A DNA stretch of 63,477 bases from a virus. Lineage: Duplodnaviria; Caudoviricetes. Under the pieces are notes generated by a model. It searched no databases, had not been told where the DNA came from, and was given only the letters and a program-made list of their open reading frames with translations. The stretch is from IMG/VR virus record IMGVR_UViG_3300009528_000014, positions 1 through 63,477 of that record; one strand, 5' to 3'. Shown piece after piece: positions 59,269 through 63,477 of this stretch; positions within the stretch are counted from its first letter, which is position 1, and the number at the start of each line of letters is the position of its first letter. Position numbers and translations under genes: made by a program.

Positions 59269-60016
59269 TTCTTCCCCTCTCTTTCTAATACTGCTATCGC
59301 TTCTTCGGTTTGTTTAATTCCTTTTTTATGTAGATTTATAAAAAAACTCCCCATATTCGTCCCATCTGTTTTAAGTAGTTTTTCAGTAATTTCTTTATTT
59401 GCTTTTAATACTCTTATTGGATAATCAAGCCTTCCCATTCTATTCTCCTCCCTATTTTATTATTTTATGTCTATATTCATATCATCATTTTCTTCCCCTA
59501 AATCTTCTATAAGACCCACTGTTTCATCTGGCTTTAATTGTTTTTCGGCTTTTTCTTTCGCCTCTTCTTCTGTTTCTGCCCTCACTGTTATTCCTATAAA
59601 TTTTTTAATTGTTACATCAAATACTTTCATCCTTCCTCCCTTCCTTGATGGGTTAGACCTCATAATTCTATGCGTCTTTAACTTGATTTAAGGTTATATT
59701 CTGTTCTTCTGATTTTGTAATGGGTCTTGCTTTGATTAAATTTTTCTCACTACCAAAGAAAGCGGTTGCTCTTCCCCTTGCAGAACTTAAAGCAATTTCT
59801 TTATTCTCTGCTCTTATGTAGCCCAACTCATAAAAAGCAGTCATTGAACCATAGGTAATTTTAAAAATCATATCTATTCCCCTTTCTTGTTCTTGGGTTT
59901 TCTTCTCGGAAAATACCAAACTATGTAATTGTATATTTCAAGGATAATTTCCATTCTTATAATCTTAAACCACTTCCAAAACCATCCTTCCTCTTTAGAA
60001 GATATGGCTTTCCAAT

Positions 60017-60304
60017 TCATCCCTTTACTCTTTTCTTTCGTAACTTCCCATAATTTAATCTTACAAATCTTTTCATTTCCTCAAAATCAAGAGTTATCGC
60101 TCCGTTTTTTATTGCCAACTTCCTTTTGTTTGGAGTTAAATCGTAATGAGGCACTGACTTCGATTGAAACCACTTTCTTTGTAATCCTATTTTCTCAGCC
60201 ATTAGATGTAATTCCATATCCTTGCCATCAGTTAATAAATGACACCACATTTTATATTTCAAGTTTGTTTCGTATTTTTTGATTTCATCTACATAAACAC
60301 TCAC
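60017..60304 (-). CDS. DUF4031 family protein
   Basis: VYVD...WCHL...ELH.MA.KIG..RKWFQ...HYDL...AIKNGA. Confidence 0.88.
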   Translation of the reverse strand: MSVYVDEIKKYETNLKYKMWCHLLTDGKDMELHLMAEKIGLQRKWFQSKSVPHYDLTPNKRKLAIKNGAITLDFEEMKRFVRLNYGKLRKKRVKG

Positions 60305-61827
60305 TTCTTCCCCTCCTCCAGTTTACTCTTTGGACATTTATGTTTATTTTCAAAGTCATTTAGATACTGACATTTGAATTTAGTATCAAGTTCACATTTT
60401 TTACATTTATCATAAAATATCTTCATTGATTCTGCTTTTTTAATTACTTCGCAAATTGTTTTTTCGGCACATTCTGTTTCCCCTTCAGGTTCTTCATAAT
60501 TGCCCATTATAAAACCTCTCCAACTATCTGAATCCTGATATTCTAATTTCCAACCCGCTTTCATTAATTTTTCTAATCTGTTTATCAGTTCCCTCTCCTT
60601 ACTCCCCTGCTCTTTCAGCTCCGATAATTCTTTTTTTTGTTTCTTAATTATATCCCACAGGTCTTTCTTGTCTTGTTTCAATTTACTTATTTGTTCTTCC
60701 AATTCTTCCGCTAACGATTCTATTTCATTCATTTCTTACCTCCTATTCAATCTTGATATTACTAATTCGTGTCGCTCCTCTTGCATTAATAATTCTTGTT
60801 TTAATCTTTCGTTATCTTTCTTCAGCTCCGCTATCTCCTGCTTTAGGGTGGCGTTTTCTTTTTTTAAATATTCCGTTTCAAAATAGTAAAGATATATCAA
60901 ACAAAAATCTTTTGACGACTCATGGCAAACTTGTTCTTTTCCCTTAATAATACAAAGTGAATCGTAAGTTAAAAATCTACATTTATCACTCATTCCTTAA
61001 CTCCTTTCGCTAATCATTTCTTCTATGCTTATGTATTTTATAGTGAGGTATTTTTTCGCAGCCTTTCCCTCCCCTCAACTCCTCAACTTCATCACAGTAT
61101 TTTTTAGCCCATTTACTCTCTGATTTTAGTTCTTCTTTTAGTTCCTTGAGTTCGGATTGTAACTTTCCTGTTTTTTCAAAACTTAATTTTATTGTTTCCT
61201 GATTTATTTCAAGGCATTTTTTTGCTTTTTTATATTCCTTTTTCAGTTCCTCATTTTCCTCTTTCAACCCCCTGACCTCTACATGTAAGCCCTCTATATC
61301 TTTTATTAGCCCTTTGCCTACTCTTTCTAAGTTCGCTTTCTCTTGCTTTAGGGTTGCGTTTTCTTGTTCTAATCCCATTTTCTTTTTATCAAGGTTGTCT
61401 ATAAACTTAATTATGTCATAAAACAAACTTCCTTTTTCGTGAGTTGTTCCAATCTTTCTTCTTATATCTCCTATATTATCTCCACTCATTTTTTAACTCC
61501 TTTCCTCAACTCCTTAACTTCCTTCTCCGCCTTAAACCTCAGCCCTATTTGTTTCTGTAAGTCGTTCATAAATACTTTAAGTTCGGATTGTAACTTCTTC
61601 CTTTCTTCTTGCAATTCTTCTACTTGTTCATACGTCGCCTTTAGATGATTATACATTGATTTGTTTTCCTTTACCGTATCCTGTAGGACTGCGAGGGCTT
61701 GCTCAACTTCGTCAAATGGTGTAGTGCATACTATTTTACCTTTATAATCCTTTATAACTAACCTTATGATCTTTACCGCCTCCTCAACGCTTATCTTCTT
61801 ATCCTCTTTCATTTGGACTCCTCTCAT
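60301..61827 (-). CDS. Four small coiled-coil proteins
   Basis: Heptad-rich, coupled ORFs. Confidence 0.6.
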
Positions 61828-62264
61828 TATATTTCTTTTAATATTAATGGCTTTGGTATATCATTGTCTAACGCCAGTGGTATAAGCCATTGAAGATTAT
61901 ATATCGTATTACTTCTCGCTAAAAAATCTAATCGCACTTTTACTATGATTTCATCTGTTGTTTGTTTAATACTATTCCATTGTTTTTTATCCGCAAAGGC
62001 AGTAAAAAAATATACTTTCCAATTCCTTTTGTCCGTTAATTCAATCAACGGGAACCAATCGTTTGGGATTATCTTAACATCTGTTTCTTCTTCAAATTCT
62101 CTTGACATAGCAACAGCAGGATAGGTATGTTCAATATCATTATCTATGTGTCCCCCGACACCATTCAATCTACCTTTTTGCCATTCAGGTCTATTTTTTT
62201 GTATTAATACAACACTCCGTCTTTCAGGATTAAATAAAAATCCACATACATATTCTTGTTTCAT
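61827..62264 (-). CDS. NUDIX hydrolase
   Basis: KNRPEWQKGRLNGVGGHI...AMSREFEEET. Confidence 0.9.
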   Translation of the reverse strand: MKQEYVCGFLFNPERRSVVLIQKNRPEWQKGRLNGVGGHIDNDIEHTYPAVAMSREFEEETDVKIIPNDWFPLIELTDKRNWKVYFFTAFADKKQWNSIKQTTDEIIVKVRLDFLARSNTIYNLQWLIPLALDNDIPKPLILKEI

Positions 62265-63163
62265 CCCTTCACTCCTCTTATGTTTCGTTAGTTCTCCTCA
62301 TTTAATGATTTAATTTTTTCTTTTAGTTTTTTATTTTCTTCAATTAAATCATCCCTCTGTATCATAGTTTCTCGTATACCCTTCATAAAACTATTCATCT
62401 GACTATCGCTTAGGTTAATACGTTTTCCTTCTTCTTCTGCCATTAATAGCAATTGCTTATCTTTTATGTTCATTCCCCTCCCCTATATTGTTAATCCTCA
62501 ACCATTTCATCTACAATGTGTTTCATAAATTTATCAGGTTTACCACAACCACGTTCCCATTTGGTATTCTCTTTGTTTCTTCTTATATAACACTCATTGG
62601 CTCTACCGTCTTTTCTTATCGGGGAAAACCAATTACATACTGCTGTATTTGTTGTTCCTCCACATTTAGCACATTCTATTACTGGCATTGCGGCTCCCCT
62701 TTTAATCTTAAATATATCTTCCCATACTTCCCATCTATAATATACTGTTCAAAATCCCTCGGAGTTATAGACAATCTATTGGCAATATTACAAAATCTAT
62801 CATATTTTTTTGTTTCAATATGTTCTATTATCCATATTATAAACTTTTTCATTCCTTCCCCTCCCTCTCCAATACCTCTCAATCAAAACAATCTGTGCTT
62901 ACACCATCCGTATCTTTATTAATCTTCTCCATTTCCTCGCCTACCTTATCCAAGTAATCTTTCATCTCTTTGTGTATACTGTCAATATCCTCCTGTTTCA
63001 TATTAGGGTCAGATTCAAGTGCAGATAATGAAATTTTTAGTTTTTTCCCAATACCAACAAATAAATCACCTATCCTTTCAATAAATAATAAAATTGCCTT
63101 TCCTTGTTTAATCATTTTTTTTCTTGAATGTTCACTCCCCATGACTATTCCTCCTCTACCTAT

Positions 63164-63477
63164 TTAATCTAACAAAGATTTAAAATCTCTTTCAAGTATA
63201 GCTTTAAATTCTATCCTTTCTTGTTCTTCTATTTTTTGAAGTTCGTCATATAAATCAGTATCAAAAACATCCCTTATCGCACCTTCTAATATTTTTATTA
63301 TTTTTCCTCTTTCAACTGCATCTAATTCGACCTGCCCTATTCCACCCCAAGTTTTACTTCTCGTGTCTGTTGTTTTTGTCGGCGCGGGCGGAAGTTTCCA
63401 TTTCCTTACTTGATTTTCAAGAAGTAATATTCGTTTTACCTCTAATGTAATTCCTATTTTTTCTAAATTATCACAAA
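63164..63477 (-). CDS. C-terminal part of the Topo VI-A/Toprim-like protein (partial)
   Basis: Hand translation: CDNLEKIG...VKRILLLENQV..WKLPPAPTK.TDTR...VELDAV...*. Confidence 0.75.
   Translation of the reverse strand, partial: CDNLEKIGITLEVKRILLLENQVRKWKLPPAPTKTTDTRSKTWGGIGQVELDAVERGKIIKILEGAIRDVFDTDLYDELQKIEEQERIEFKAILERDFKSLLD

Noticed and set aside
146-63167. Numerous plus-strand ORFs in the track (e.g. 2854-3348, 52602-53459)
   Set aside because: They are antisense shadows of well-supported minus-strand genes with no motifs. Only tnpB is a credible plus-strand gene.
1-63477. Alternative genetic code (stop-codon reassignment)
   Set aside because: Core genes are full length under the standard code, and the one split gene (pal) needs a frameshift rather than readthrough.

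Overview
This window is an almost complete, apparently circular genome (about 63.5 kb) of a tailed, siphovirus-like phage. The host is probably a diderm bacterium, judging by the Pal-like and lipoprotein genes. Nearly all genes are on the minus strand. The two window ends encode the N- and C-terminal parts of one Topo VI-A/Toprim-like gene, so the sequence closes on itself with only a short gap. In transcription order the genome holds: many small early/middle ORFs (NUDIX, DUF4031, NinG/HNH-like, SLT transglycosylase, frameshifted Pal), a FliA/WhiG-like sigma factor, an HTH-fused large terminase, portal, MuF, and a 1643-aa multi-enzyme protein (ASCH-like, Zn finger, DNA adenine MTase, NTase-like, ATP-dependent DNA ligase, two LigD-type phosphoesterase domains). 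Next come a protease-capsid fusion, head-tail and tail genes interrupted by a tnpB-only IS200/IS605 element, and several fibre-like proteins with Sec-type signal peptides. These are followed by a 7.4-kb glycosyltransferase/methyltransferase/radical-SAM cluster (one intein), a lysis cassette, a two-gene envelope moron, a structured-RNA control region, and a recombination block (SSAP-like, Rad50-like ATPase, BCS1-like AAA, UvrD with intein). I recognised no integrase, DNA polymerase, CRISPR array or canonical tRNA. All calls come from reading motifs by eye; no database search was run.
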